Positions 27,038 through 40,557 of a stretch of DNA of 64,000 nt are shown piece by piece. The stretch's first letter is position 1. Each line of letters opens with the position of its first letter. The DNA comes from Octopus sinensis. Lineage: Eukaryota. The position numbers were made by a program, and so were the translations under genes. Location of the stretch: positions 124,001 to 188,000 of the forward strand of contig NC_043001.1 of NCBI RefSeq assembly GCF_006345805.1, given 5' to 3'. Under the pieces are notes generated by a model that saw only the letters and a list, made by a program, of their open reading frames with translations, had not been told where the DNA came from and did no database searches.

Positions 27038-27595
27038 AAATGCCCTGATGCAGTACCAGGCAGTGGCTTTCATGGCTTCTGATCTTAACTGATTGGAAGT
27101 GTTATCATGTACATTGTTTTGTCTTGGTATAAAAGATGGGCTACAGCAAATATTCTGCTCAATACCACAGATTTGCTTGTCAGTTGTTTGACCTTAACCA
27201 GTTGAGCGTATCTCTTAGTGGCTGACGATACGTGCATATCTGATCACGAGCAGATGTAGTGGGGGAGCATCATAGCCATGTGTTGAGAATGATTCTTTGG
27301 GGTTTGAATAATTCACCTCTGGAAACATGGGTGTTTCATTCAACATCCTTAAACAACCCTTATTCAGGGACCTTTTGAGCGGGATGGGTTACTCGATCTG
27401 AAGAAAATTCTAACTAGGCTCCACCTGCAAGGTCATGTGCTGTTTATCTTGATATAAGATCACCATGTCGCGCACATAAGGTTGTGATGCATGTGCCTGG
27501 TGTACCCTTATCAGACGGGTAGTCATGATGGGTATAATGGGCTTCGTATATTTTACCCCAGTGTCACTTTGATGGCATGAACTGCTCTCTCACTC
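27038..27595 (+). mobile_element. ~555-bp non-coding interspersed element embedded in (TAA)n; other copies at 28688-29241, 32178-32730, 33827-34382 and 37318-37875
   Basis: Constant ends AATGCCCTGATGCAGTACCAGG and CTGCTCTCTCACTC followed by (AAT)n; no long ORF. Confidence 0.8.
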
Positions 27596-27690
27596 AATAA
27601 TAATAATAATAATAATTATAATAATAATAATAATAATAATAATATTAATAGATAATAATAATAATGATAATGATGATAATAATAATAATG

Positions 27691-27724
<34 letters not shown>

Positions 27725-28113
27725 TAATAATAACAATAATAATATTAATAGATAATAATAATAAGGATAATGATGATAATAATAATAATGATAATAATAA
27801 TAATAATAATAACAATAATGATAATAATAATAAATATAATAAAGATAATAATGTTGATGTCGATGATGTTCATGATGATGGTGATGATGATGATGATGAT
27901 GATGATAATTACTGAAGATTGATGATTGATGATGATGATTGATGATGATGATGATGATTGATGATTGATGATTGATGATGATGATTGATGATGATGATTG
28001 ATGAAGATGATTGATGAAGATGATTGATGACGATGATGATGATGATTGATGATGACGATTGATGATGATGAAACAAGTATTATATCCATGCAATAAAATT
28101 TTTTACTTTTTAG

Positions 28114-28230
28114 ACATAGACGAGTGCTCAGCTGAACCATGCGGGGCACAGGGGATATGCACCAACAACATAGGATCCTACACATGTGCCTGCAGTCCAG
28201 GGTTCGTGTTCAACGGAATTACATGCATTG
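28114..28230 (+). CDS. cbEGF exon copy 3 ([23 protein letters not shown]...)
   Basis: 117 bp, TTTTTAG acceptor and GTAAGT donor. Confidence 0.8.
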
Positions 28231-28306
28231 GTAAGTAAAACAATAGACAACATCTCGCGTATAGGTGTAACTGGTTTCAAGATATAATAAAAATAAAAAT
28301 AATAAT

Positions 28307-28361
<55 letters not shown>

Positions 28362-28376
28362 TTTTTTACTTTTTAG

Positions 28377-28492
28377 ACATAGACGAGTGCTCAGCTGAAC
28401 ATGCGGGGCACAGGGGATATGCACCAACAACATAGGATCCTACACATGTGCCTGCAGTCCAGGGTTCGTGTTCAACGGAATTACATGCATTG
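28377..28492 (+). pseudogene. cbEGF exon copy 4 with a 1-bp deletion (possibly a sequencing error)
   Basis: 116 bp; GAACATGC versus GAACCATGC in its counterpart at 33514. Confidence 0.6.
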
Positions 28493-28569
28493 GTAAGTAA
28501 AACAATAGAAAACATCTCGCGTATAGGGTAACTGGTTTCAAGATATAAAAAAAAAATAAAAATAATAAT

Positions 28570-28600
<31 letters not shown>

Positions 28601-29257
28601 TAATAATAATAATAATAATAATATAATAATAATCATAATGTCTTGGTATAAAAGATGGGCTACAGCAAATATTCTGCTCAATACCACAATGCCCTGATGC
28701 AGTACCAGGCAGTGGCTCTCATGGCTTCTGATCTTAACTGATTGGAAGTGTTATCATGTACATTGTTGTCTGGTATAAAAGATGGGCTACAGCAAATATT
28801 CTGCTCAATACCACAGATTGCTTGTCAGTTGTTTGACCTTAACCAGTTGAGCATGTCCCTTAGTGGCTGACGATATGTGCATCTCTGATCACGAGCAGAA
28901 GTAGTGGGGGGGAGCATCATGGCCATGTGTTGAGAGGGATTCTTTGGAGTTTGAATGGTTCACCTCTGGAAACATAGGTGTTTCGTTCAACATCCTAAAG
29001 CAACCCTTATTCAGGGACCGTTTGAGCAGGATGGGCTACTCAACCTGAAGAAAATTCTAACTGGGCCCCACCTGCAAGGTCATGTGCTGTTTATCTTGAT
29101 ATGAGATCACCATGTCGCGCACATATGGTTGTGATGCATGTGCCTGGTGTACCTTATCAGACGGGTAGTCATGATGGGTATATTGGGCTTCGTATATTTT
29201 ACCCCAGTGTCACTTTGATGGCATGAACTGCTCTCTCACTCAATAATCATAATAATG

Positions 29258-29311
<54 letters not shown>

Positions 29312-29312
29312 T

Positions 29313-29760
29313 GCCGATACACACATATACAAAAATTAAGGCCAACAGACCAGATATAGTCGTCAGAGACCATGAAGAAAAAAAATGCTTTCTAATGATA
29401 TATCAATACCGGCAGATGACAACGTGTCTCTAAAAGAAATGGAGAAACTCTCAAAATACAAAGACCTGGAAATAGAGGTAACCAGAATGTGGAATCTGAA
29501 AACAGAAACAATCCTATCATAGTAGGTGCATTAGGCATGATATAAAATTATTCAGACAACTACATAACAAAAACACCAGGACTTACAAACACATATAACA
29601 TACAGAAAATTGCACTACTAGGCACTGCACACATTCTACGCAGAACACTTTCCATACAATAACCATCAGAGCATCACAACAAATCACAGCACATACCCAA
29701 GGCACACAGAGCTGTGCTCGGTAGTGAAGTGAAAGCACGCTATAAAAATGAAAATATTGA
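29313..29760 (+). mobile_element. R4/Dong LINE 3' fragment (duplicate at 34471-34920)
   Basis: KIKANRPDIVVRDHEEKKCFLIDISIP and a 3' UTR ending GAAAGCACGCTATAAAAATG then (AAT)n. Confidence 0.85.
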
Positions 29761-29784
29761 ATAATAATAATAATAATAATAATA

Positions 29785-29819
<35 letters not shown>

Positions 29820-29835
29820 TTAATAATAATAATAA

Positions 29836-29880
<45 letters not shown>

Positions 29881-29881
<1 letters not shown>

Positions 29882-32095
29882 TCCACCACGTATAAAATCC
29901 TAACATCTATCCTGGTGGAGAAAACATATGCATTCATGGAGAAGAACGATATTTTCCCCATTGAACAAAAAGGGTGCCGCCGAGGCTCTTACGGATGCAA
30001 AGATCAACTGCTAATCAATCGTATGATCCTGAGAACTGTCACAACAAGCGCAGAAATCTCAGCACCGCATGGATTGACTATAAAAAGGCCTTCGACAGTA
30101 TACCGCATCCATGGATCTTGAGATCGCTGGACATCTTCAAAATTTCCCCTGTGATTTCAAACTTCCTGAAGCACAATATGTCGTTGTGGAATACGAATCT
30201 CCAATTATACCACTCTAATGGAGTACTTGCCTCAGAAAATATAAACATCAACTGTGGATTTTTCAAGGTGACTCACTTTCACCTTTAATATTCTGCATAG
30301 CCCTAATACCCTTACAAGTGAAATTAACAGAACAGGGTATGGGTATAAAATTGCCAATAAAAAATTAAGCCATCTATTTTATATGGATGACTTAAAACTT
30401 TATGGTAAAGACAATAATGAACTTGAAGGCTTATTGCGCACCGTGAAAGCATTCAGCGATGACATCGGGATGGAGTTTGGACTTGAGAAGTGTGCCAAGG
30501 CCACTTTCCAGAAAGGGAAAGTGAAGACCACAAATTCAGTCGTGTTAGATGTTGACACAGTCATAAGAGAGCTTGAGCAAGAACAAACATACAAATATTT
30601 AGGGATAAATGAAGGCTCTGGTATTCAGCATGCAAGCATGAAAGAGAAAATCAGGAAGGAATGTTATAGGAGAGTTCGTGCAGTCCTGAAATCTGAACTA
30701 AATGCACGTAACAAGGTGTTAGCTATAAATTCCCTAGCAGTTCCAGTTGTTACTTATAGCTACAATGTGTTGAACTGGAATATGAGTGAAGTAAAGAATA
30801 TAGATAGAAAAATACGCAAGCTGCTGAGTTGTAATAGGATGCACACCCAAAGCAGACAGACGTAGATCGCCTTTACCCTCCCAGAGCCCAAGGAGGTCGA
30901 GGCCTGATCCAATTTGAACTAGCTTACAAAACAACCACAATTGGACTGGCCAAATATCTCGAAATATCGAATGACTGGATGCTAAAGCTCGTGGAAAATC
31001 ACGAAAGACGAAAAGAAGAGCTTCATTCTATCATAAAGGAAAGCAAACAATTTGCTATTAATCTCGTGCAGGATACCCAAACTGAACAATCCGAGGGAAG
31101 TACGGCAACTATTGTTGCAAAGAAGGTGAAAATGATGGCAATGAAAAAAGCGCACGAGCAATGGCTGATAGGTGGGAGGAGAAACCTCTGCACGGCAAAT
31201 ATGTGACCCGCAGCAAACAAGCTGATGTTGACCAGAAGCAAACCCATCAGTGGCTGCGGAGCTCAGGGCTAAAAGCAGAGAGCGAAGGTTTCATCCTGGC
31301 TGCTCAAGACCAAAGCCTATCAACCCGGAACTACCAGGCCAATGTGATGAAAAATGGAGCAGACCCAAAATGCCGATTCTGCAACGACATGATTGAAACA
31401 GTGGACCACCTAATCTCTGGATGTAAAGTCTTAGCACCAGGGAGGGTATAAATTAAGACATGACAGAGTTGGCCAATATCTCCACTGGCTAATAAGTCGG
31501 CATTACAATATCAAAACTGCCGACAAGTGGTATAATCACCACCCTGAGGCTGTAACTGAAGGAGAAAATGTAACCATTCTGTGGGACTTCCAGTACATAC
31601 AGACCGAACCATCAAGGCCAATAAACCAGATATTGTTGTGAAAGACCAAAACAATAAAGTTGCTTATTGATCGACATGAGCATCCCCTGTGATCATAATG
31701 TCTCAGCGAAAGAGTTTGACAAGCTCAGAAAATATAAAGACCTACTCATTGAAATAAATTGAGAAAATGTGGCATCTCAAGGCGGTTACAATACCAGTGA
31801 TCGTAGGAGCACTAGGAATGATCAAGAAGGGAACCGAAAATTATATGAGAATGATCCCTGGCTTACCATCCCTGCAAAAAGTGCAAAAGATTGTCTTAAC
31901 TGGTACATCACACGTATTGAGAAGAGCATTGTCGATGTGAGAACTGTTGCTGCTCATGTATTTAATTTAACTTTAAAAAAAAAAAAAAAAATTTAACGAA
32001 CTACTGAGTTTGGTTTAATGGCTACCAATATACACTATGAGTTCTTTGCCCTAGGAGTCGGGAAGACACTCGGCAAGAAATGGAAGAAAATTTGA
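29881..32095 (+). mobile_element. R4/Dong LINE, indel-rich duplicate of 35028-37250
   Basis: Same peptides broken into ORFs 29915-31996. Confidence 0.85.
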
Positions 32096-33253
32096 AGAAG
32101 AAAAAAAAGAAAAAAAAAGTAATAATAATAATAATAATTATAATAATAATAATAAATATATAATAATAATAAATAATAAATGCCCTGATGCAGTACCAGG
32201 CAGTGGCTCTCTTGGCTTCTGATCTTAACTGATTGGAAGTGTTATCATGTACATTGTTTTGTTTGGTATAAAAGATGGGCTACAGCAAATATCTGCTCAA
32301 TACCACAGATTTGCTTGTCAGTTGTTTGACCATAACCAGTTGAGCATGCCCTTAGTGGCTGATGATATGTGCATCTCTGATCACGAGCAGAAGTAGTGGG
32401 GGAGCATCATAGCCATGTGTTGAGAGGGATTCTTTGGGGTTTGAATAATTATCTCTGGAAACATGGGTGGTTCTTTCAACATCCTTAACAACCCTTATTC
32501 AGGGACCTTTTGAGCGGGATGGGCTACTCAACCTGAAGAAAATTCTAACTGGGCCCCACCTGCTAGGTCATGCGCTGTTTATCTTGATATGAGATCACCA
32601 TGTCGCGCACATATGGTTGTGATGCATGTGATTGGCGTACCCTTATCAGACGGGTAGTCATGAGGGTATTTGGGGGCTTCGTATATTTTACCCCAGTGTC
32701 ACTTTGATGGCATGAACTGCTCTCTCACTCAATAATAATAATAATAATATTATAATAATAATAATAATAATAATAATATTAATAGATAATAATAATAATG
32801 ATAATGATGATAATAATAATAATGATAATAATAATAATAATAATAAAATAATAATAATAACAATAATAATAACAATAATAATATATTAATAGATAATAAT
32901 AATAATAAGATAATGATGATAATAATAATAATGATAATAATAATAATAATAACAATAATGATAATATATAAATATAATAAAGATAATAATGTTGATGTCG
33001 ATGATGTTCATGATGATGGTGATGATGATGATGATGATGATAATTACTGAAGATTGATGATTGATGAGATGATGATGATGATGATGATGATTGATGATTG
33101 ATGATTGATGATGGATGATGTGATGTGATGATGATGATTGATGAAGATGATTGATGAAGATGATTGATGACGATGATGATGATGATTGATGATGACGATT
33201 GATGATGATGAAACAAGTATTATATCCATGCAATAAAATTTTTTACTTTTTAG

Positions 33254-33370
33254 ACATAGACGAGTGCTCAGCTGAACCATGCGGGGCACAGGGGATATGC
33301 ACCAACAACATAGGATCCTACACATGTGCCTGCAGTCCAGGGTTCGTGTTCAACGGAATTACATGCATTG
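33254..33370 (+). CDS. cbEGF exon copy 5
   Basis: 117 bp, intact splice sites, same peptide as copy 3. Confidence 0.8.
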
Positions 33371-33446
33371 GTAAGTAAAACAATAGACAACATCTCGCGT
33401 ATAGGTGTAACTGGTTTCAAGATATAATAAAAATAAAAATAATAAT

Positions 33447-33498
<52 letters not shown>

Positions 33499-33513
33499 TT
33501 TTTTACTTTTTAG

Positions 33514-33630
33514 ACATAGACGAGTGCTCAGCTGAACCATGCGGGGCACAGGGGATATGCACCAACAACATAGGATCCTACACATGTGCCTGCAGTCCAG
33601 GGTTCGTGTTCAACGGAATTACATGCATTG
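33514..33630 (+). CDS. cbEGF exon copy 6
   Basis: 117 bp, intact splice sites, 260 bp downstream of copy 5. Confidence 0.75.
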
Positions 33631-33706
33631 GTAAGTAAAACAATAGACAACATCTCGCGTATAGGTGTAACTGGTTTCAAGATATAATAAAAATAAAAAT
33701 AATAAT

Positions 33707-33772
<66 letters not shown>

Positions 33773-34398
33773 CATAATGTCTTGGTATAAAAGATGGGCT
33801 ACAGCAAATATTCTGCTCAATACCACAATGCCCTGATGCAGTACCAGGCAGTGGCTCTCATGGCTTCTGATCTTAACTGATTGGAAGTGTTATCATGTAC
33901 ATTGTTTTGTCTTGGTATAAAAGATGGGCTACAGCAAATATTCTGCTCAATACCACAGATTTGCTTGTCAGTTGTTTGACCTTAACCAGTTGAGCATGTC
34001 CCTTAGTGGCTGACGATATGTGCATCTCTGATCACGAGCAGAAGTAGTGGGGGAGCATCATGGCCATGTGTTGAGAGGGATTCTTTGGAGTTTGAATGGT
34101 TCACCTCTGGAAACATAGGTGTTTCGTTCAACATCCTAAAGCAACCCTTATTCAGGGACCGTTTGAGCAGGATGGCTACTCAACCTGAAGAAAATTCTAA
34201 CTGGGCCCCACCTGCAAGGTCATGTGCTGTTTATCTTGATATGAGATCACCATGTCGCGCACATATGGTTGTGATGCATGTGCCTGGTGTACCTTTATCA
34301 GACGGGTAGTCATGATGGGTATATTGGGCTTCGTATATTTTACCCCAGTGTCACTTTGATGGCATGAACTGCTCTCTCACTCAATAATCATAATAATG

Positions 34399-34470
<72 letters not shown>

Positions 34471-34918
34471 TGCCGATACACACATATACAAAAATTAAGG
34501 CCAACAGACCAGATATAGTCGTCAGAGACCATGAAGAAAAAAAATGCTTTCTAATTGATATATCAATACCGGCAGATGACAACGTGTCTCTAAAAGAAAT
34601 GGAGAAACTCTCAAAATACAAAGACCTGGAAATAGAGGTAACCAGAATGTGGAATCTGAAAACAGAAACAATTCCTATCATAGTAGGTGCATTAGGCATG
34701 ATATAAAATTATTCAGACAACTACATAACAAAAACACCAGGACTTACAAACACATATAACATACAGAAAATTGCACTACTAGGCACTGCACACATTCTAC
34801 GCAGAACACTTTCCATACAATAACCATCAGAGCATCACAACAAATCACAGCACATACCCAAGGCACACAGAGCTGTGCTCGGTAGTGAAGTGAAAGCACG
34901 CTATAAAAATGAAACTAT

Positions 34919-34960
<42 letters not shown>

Positions 34961-34973
34961 TAATAATAATAAT

Positions 34974-35027
<54 letters not shown>

Positions 35028-35028
<1 letters not shown>

Positions 35029-37250
35029 TCCACCACGTATAAAATCCTAACATCTATCCTGGTGGAGAAAACATATGCATTCATGGAGAAGAACGATATT
35101 TTCCCCATTGAACAAAAAGGGTGCCGCCGAGGCTCTTACGGATGCAAAGATCAACTGCTAATCAATCGTATGATCCTTGAGAACTGTCACAACAAGCGCA
35201 GAAATCTCAGCACCGCATGGATTGACTATAAAAAGGCCTTCGACAGTATACCGCATCCATGGATCTTGAGATCGCTGGACATCTTCAAAATTTCCCCTGT
35301 GATTTCAAACTTCCTGAAGCACAATATGTCGTTGTGGAATACGAATCTCCAATTATACCACTCTAATGGAGTACTTGCCTCAGAAAATATAAACATCAAC
35401 TGTGGAATTTTTCAAGGTGACTCACTTTCACCTTTAATATTCTGCATAGCCCTAATACCCCTTACAAGTGAATTAAACAGAACAGGGTATGGGTATAAAA
35501 TTGCCAATAAAAATTAAGCCATCTATTTTATATGGATGACTTAAAACTTTATGGTAAAGACAATAATGAACTTGAAGGCTTATTGCGCACCGTGAAAGCA
35601 TTCAGCGATGACATCGGGATGGAGTTTGGACTTGAGAAGTGTGCCAAGGCCACTTTCCAGAAAGGGAAAGTGAAGACCACAAATTCAGTCGTGTTAGATG
35701 TTGACACAGTCATAAGAGAGCTTGAGCAAGAACAAACATACAAATATTTAGGGATAAATGAAGGCTCTGGTATTCAGCATGCAAGCATGAAAGAGAAAAT
35801 CAGGAAGGAATGTTATAGGAGAGTTCGTGCAGTCCTGAAATCTGAACTAAATGCACGTAACAAGGTGTTAGCTATAAATTCCCTAGCAGTTCCAGTTGTT
35901 ACTTATAGCTACAATGTGTTGAACTGGAATATGAGTGAAGTAAAGAATATAGATAGAAAAATACGCAAGCTGCTGAGTTGTAATAGGATGCACCACCCAA
36001 AGGCAGACGTAGATCGCCTTTACCTTCCCAGAGCCCAAGGAGGTCGAGGCCTGATCCAATTTGAACTAGCTTACAAAACAACCACAATTGGACTGGCCAA
36101 ATATCTCGAAATATCGAATGACTGGATGCTAAAGCTCGTGGAAAATCACGAAAGACGAAAGAAGCTTCATTCTATCATAAAGGAAAGCAAACAATTTGCT
36201 ATTAATCTCGTGCAGGATACCCAAACTGAACAATCCGAGGGAAGTACGGCAACTATTGTTGCAAAGAAGGTGAAAATGATGGCAATGAAAAAAGCGCACG
36301 AGCAATTGGCTGATAGGTGGGAGGAGAAACCTCTGCACGGCAAATATGTGACCCGCAGCAAACAAGCTGATGTTGACCAGAAGCAAACCCATCAGTGGCT
36401 GCGGAGCTCAGGGCTAAAAGCAGAGAGCGAAGGTTTCATCCTGGCTGCTCAAGACCAAAGCCTATCAACCCGGAACTACCAGGCCAATGTGATGAAAAAT
36501 GGAGCAGACCCAAAATGCCGATTCTGCAACGACATGATTGAAACAGTGGACCACCTAATCTCTGGATGTAAAGTCTTAGCACCAGTGGAGTATAAATTAA
36601 GACATGACAGAGTTGGCCAATATCTCCACTGGCTAATAAGTCGGCATTACAATATCAAAACTGCCGACAAGTGGTATAATCACCACCTGAGGCTGTAACT
36701 GAAGGAGAAAATGTAACCATTCTGTGGGACTTTCCAGTACATACAGACCGAACCATCAAGGCCAATAAACCAGATATTGTTGTGAAAGACCAAAACAATA
36801 AAGTTGCTTATTGATCGACATGAGCATCCCCTGTGATCATAATGTCTCAGCGAAAGAGTTTGACAAGCTCAGAAAATATAAAGACCTACTCATTGAAATT
36901 GAGAAAATGTGGCATCTCAAGGCGGTTACAATACCAGTGATCGTAGGAGCACTAGGAATGATCAAGAAGGGAACCGAAAATTATATGAGAATGATCCCTG
37001 GCTTACCATCCCTGCAAAAAGTGCAAAAGATTGTCTTAACTGGTACATCACACGTATTGAGAAGAGCATTGTCGATGTGAGAACTGTTGCTGCTCATGTA
37101 TTTAAATTTAACTTTAAAAAAAAAAAAAAAAATTTAACGAACTACTGAGTTTGGTTTAATGGCCTACCAATATACACTATGAGTTTCTTTGCCCTAGGAG
37201 TCGGGAAGACACTCGGCAAGAAATGGAAGAAAATTTGAAAGAAGAAAAAA
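35028..37250 (+). mobile_element. Young 5'-truncated R4/Dong-type LINE, nearly continuous RT, CCHC and restriction-like endonuclease
   Basis: WIDYKKAFDSIPH, GIFQGDSLSP, YMDDLKLY, CRFC..HLISGC, RHDRV, KANKPDIVV, KYKDL, VIVGALGMI; two apparent frameshifts. Confidence 0.92.
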
Positions 37251-37273
37251 AAAGTAATAATAATAATAATAAT

Positions 37274-37313
<40 letters not shown>

Positions 37314-37896
37314 TAATAAATGCCCTGATGCAGTACCAGGCAGTGGCTCTCTTGGCTTCTGATCTTAACTGATTGGAAGTGTTATCATGTACATTGTTTT
37401 GTTTTGGTATAAAAGATGGGCTACAGCAAATATTCTGCTCAATACCACAGATTTGCTTGTCAGTTGTTTGACCATAACCAGTTGAGCATGTCCCTTAGTG
37501 GCTGATGATATGTGCATCTCTGATCACGAGCAGAAGTAGTGGGGGAGCATCATAGCCATGTGTTGAGAGGGATTCTTTGGGGTTTGAATAATTTATCTCT
37601 GGAAACATGGGTGGTTCTTTCAACATCCTTAAACAACCCTTATTCAGGGACCTTTTGAGCGGGATGGGCTACTCAACCTGAAGAAAATTCTAACTGGGCC
37701 CCACCTGCTAGGTCATGCGCTGTTTATCTTGATATGAGATCACCATGTCGCGCACATATGGTTGTGATGCATGTGATTGGCGTACCCTTATCAGACGGGT
37801 AGTCATGATGGGTATATTGGGCTTCGTATATTTTACCCCAGTGTCACTTTGATGGCATGAACTGCTCTCTCACTCAATAATAATAATAATAATAAT

Positions 37897-37954
<58 letters not shown>

Positions 37955-37956
<2 letters not shown>

Positions 37957-38910
37957 GACAAAACACATGAAAATTTAGCTAGCAGATGGGAACAGAAACC
38001 TCTGCATGGCAGGTATGTTGCCCGTAGCAAACAAGTTGATGTCGACCAGGAACACACGCACCAATGGTTACGAAGCTCAGGGCTAAAAGCGGAGAGTGAA
38101 GATTTCATATTAGCTTCACTAGACCAAATCTTATTTACCCGGAACTACCAAGCCAATGGGATAAAAAATGGAGCTGACCCAAAATGCTGATTCTGTAACG
38201 ATGAGATTGAAACAATAGACCATCTAATCTCAGGGTGTAGTGTCTTAGCACCTGTAGAATATAAAGCAAGATTTGACAGAGTCGGCCAGTATTTACACTG
38301 GACAATATGTCGGCATTATAAAATCAAAACTGCTGACAAATGGTATAAACACCATCCTGAAGCTGTGACTGAGGGAGAAAATGTGTCGTTTCTATGGGTC
38401 TTCCCTGTGCATACCGACAAAAGTATAAAAGTTAACAAACCGGATATTATTATAAAAGATCAGACAAAAAGGATGTGTTTATTAATTGACATGAGTATTC
38501 CCTGTGATCACAATATAGCAGCGAAAGAATTTGACAAGATCAGTAAATATAAAGGCTTTCTAATAGAAATTGAAAAAAATGTGGCACCTCAAGGCGACTA
38601 CAGTATTAGTGATTGTAGTTACTCTAGGAATGATGAAAAAGGTACTGAAATCTATTTCAAAATGATTCCAGGCTTACCATCCCTAGAGGAAGTGCAAAAA
38701 ATCGTATTAACTGGAACGGCTCATGTACTGAGAAGAGCACTATCGCTGTGAAAATAACATCCATCCATGAATTTATTTATTTATTAATTTTTAAATACAT
38801 ATTTTATCCGTGAATTTGCGCGTGTAATCTAGGAATGCATACAATGCCCTTCTCTGCTGTAGGCATACGGAAGACACTCGACGAGAAACGGAAGAAAATT
38901 TGAAGAAAGA
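37955..38910 (+). mobile_element. R4/Dong LINE 3' fragment, diverged sibling
   Basis: KPLHGRY...HQWLRSSGLKAESE...KPDIIIKD...LIDMSIPCDHN. Confidence 0.85.
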
Positions 38911-38929
38911 AGGAAAAATAATAATAATA

Positions 38930-39001
<72 letters not shown>

Positions 39002-39095
39002 AAGAAGAAGAAGAAGAAGAAGAAGAGAAGAAGAAGGAGAAGAAGAAGAATCTGCGTCGGTAATGAAGTGAAAGCACGATATAAAAATAAAACTA

Positions 39096-39130
<35 letters not shown>

Positions 39131-39279
39131 TGATGATGATGATGATGATGATTATGAAGAGGAGAAGGAGGAGGAGAAGAAAGAGAACAACGACGACGAG
39201 CAGGGCGACGGCGACGGTGATGTTATCAATTTTTGAGGTTTCGAGTTTTCAGCACATTTACTAAAGTTTCCTTTAGTTC

Positions 39280-39480
39280 TCACCGAATATGCAACGAAGG
39301 AATTACACTACAGCTTTGGCAAGACATGTATGGACGTTGAAAGAAACCACTGCACAATACAACGCCAAGTGGAGTGTGTCAGAGCAGAGCAGACTTACCA
39401 TCCGTAGGATCTGCAAACTCTGTTTACCGTGAAAAGGAATCATACTAAAAAATCCCTCCGCCCAAGGGCCTACATGAAAG
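39280..39480 (+). mobile_element. Penelope-like GIY-YIG C-terminal fragment
   Basis: TALARHVWTLK...YNAKWS...RICKLCL. Confidence 0.55.
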
Positions 39481-39921
39481 TCAGCATTTGTTATCATGGC
39501 CTTATAAGTATATAATAACCCCTTTTTGTGGGGTACTCCATTAGAATGTCGTTTGCTCGTTACGTTATTGTATAGTGTCACATATTTTTATTTTTCCTTT
39601 TTTTTTTTTTCTTTCTTATTTTCAGAATGACATCGTCCCTCTGATTGATCTCCGTATGACCTGACTCACCGTTTATTACGTAACTTCCACACCGGGTCAT
39701 CTTCACGGAAAAGACGATCTCATCATCCAAATATGTCTCTTACATATTATTATATTGACATAATTTCGTTTCCTCTTGTCTTTTTATTAATTGAATAAAT
39801 TAATCTAATTCATTAGAGGATACTCTAAACAAAACATTGATTGTTTCTCTGTGTTATTGAGTAAAATTTCGGTGTTTGCTCGAATTTAATTTCAAACACA
39901 CACATACGCGCGCGCGCACAC

Positions 39922-39989
<68 letters not shown>

Positions 39990-40215
39990 TGTGTGCGCGA
40001 ATGGTGTCTTTTTATGTTTGCATGTGTTTACATAGATATGTACATAAAAAATTTAAAGGACTGACCACTCAAAATGTGGCCGGTCAACATGCTAGATATA
40101 GACGTCAAATCGCTATTTTCCACTAAGAATATGTTCTCAAATAAAAACTCAGCACAAAACCAAAGCATTAATAATAAGCAAGACAAATGAAAATATACGA
40201 AATAAAAATGATTAC

Positions 40216-40280
40216 CCATGTACTGAATCAGTTTCGATTATTAATATCCGCAAGGATGAACTGTAATCTCGTCAGCATGG
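40216..40280 (-). ncRNA. Complete canonical type I hammerhead ribozyme
   Basis: Minus strand CCATG CTGACGA GATTA...TAATC GAAAC TGATTCA GTA CATGG; all core nucleotides and three helices present. Confidence 0.85.
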
Positions 40281-40478
40281 TCTGTCAATAGAAATACAAT
40301 TTGCAGGACTAGATGCAAAACGTTTGACAGAAGTTTCGCCTGCATGGAGTCCAACCGATTATATTTTTGTGTATCTTTCAAATGCCTTCACTTTGGCGCG
40401 CTGAGATCGGATGCGCTCACACACACTGAAAAAGATTAAGGTTCCGATATCCAAATGCAAATATATATATATATATAT

Positions 40479-40557
<79 letters not shown>

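Larger units (their letters stand above)
27040..37880. repeat. Tandem segmental duplication, period ~5.14 kb (two copies plus a partial third)
   Basis: Offsets 28114/33254, 29881/35028 and 32178/37318. The copies differ mostly by 1-bp indels. Confidence 0.85.

Noticed and set aside
23811-33630. Assigning a gene symbol (fibrillin, Notch, MEGF6)
   Set aside because: A single cbEGF module is shared by many families and no diagnostic domain is in the window.
39626-39700. Exon after a strong polypyrimidine-AG
   Set aside because: Stops occur in all three frames within 40 nt and no convincing donor was found.
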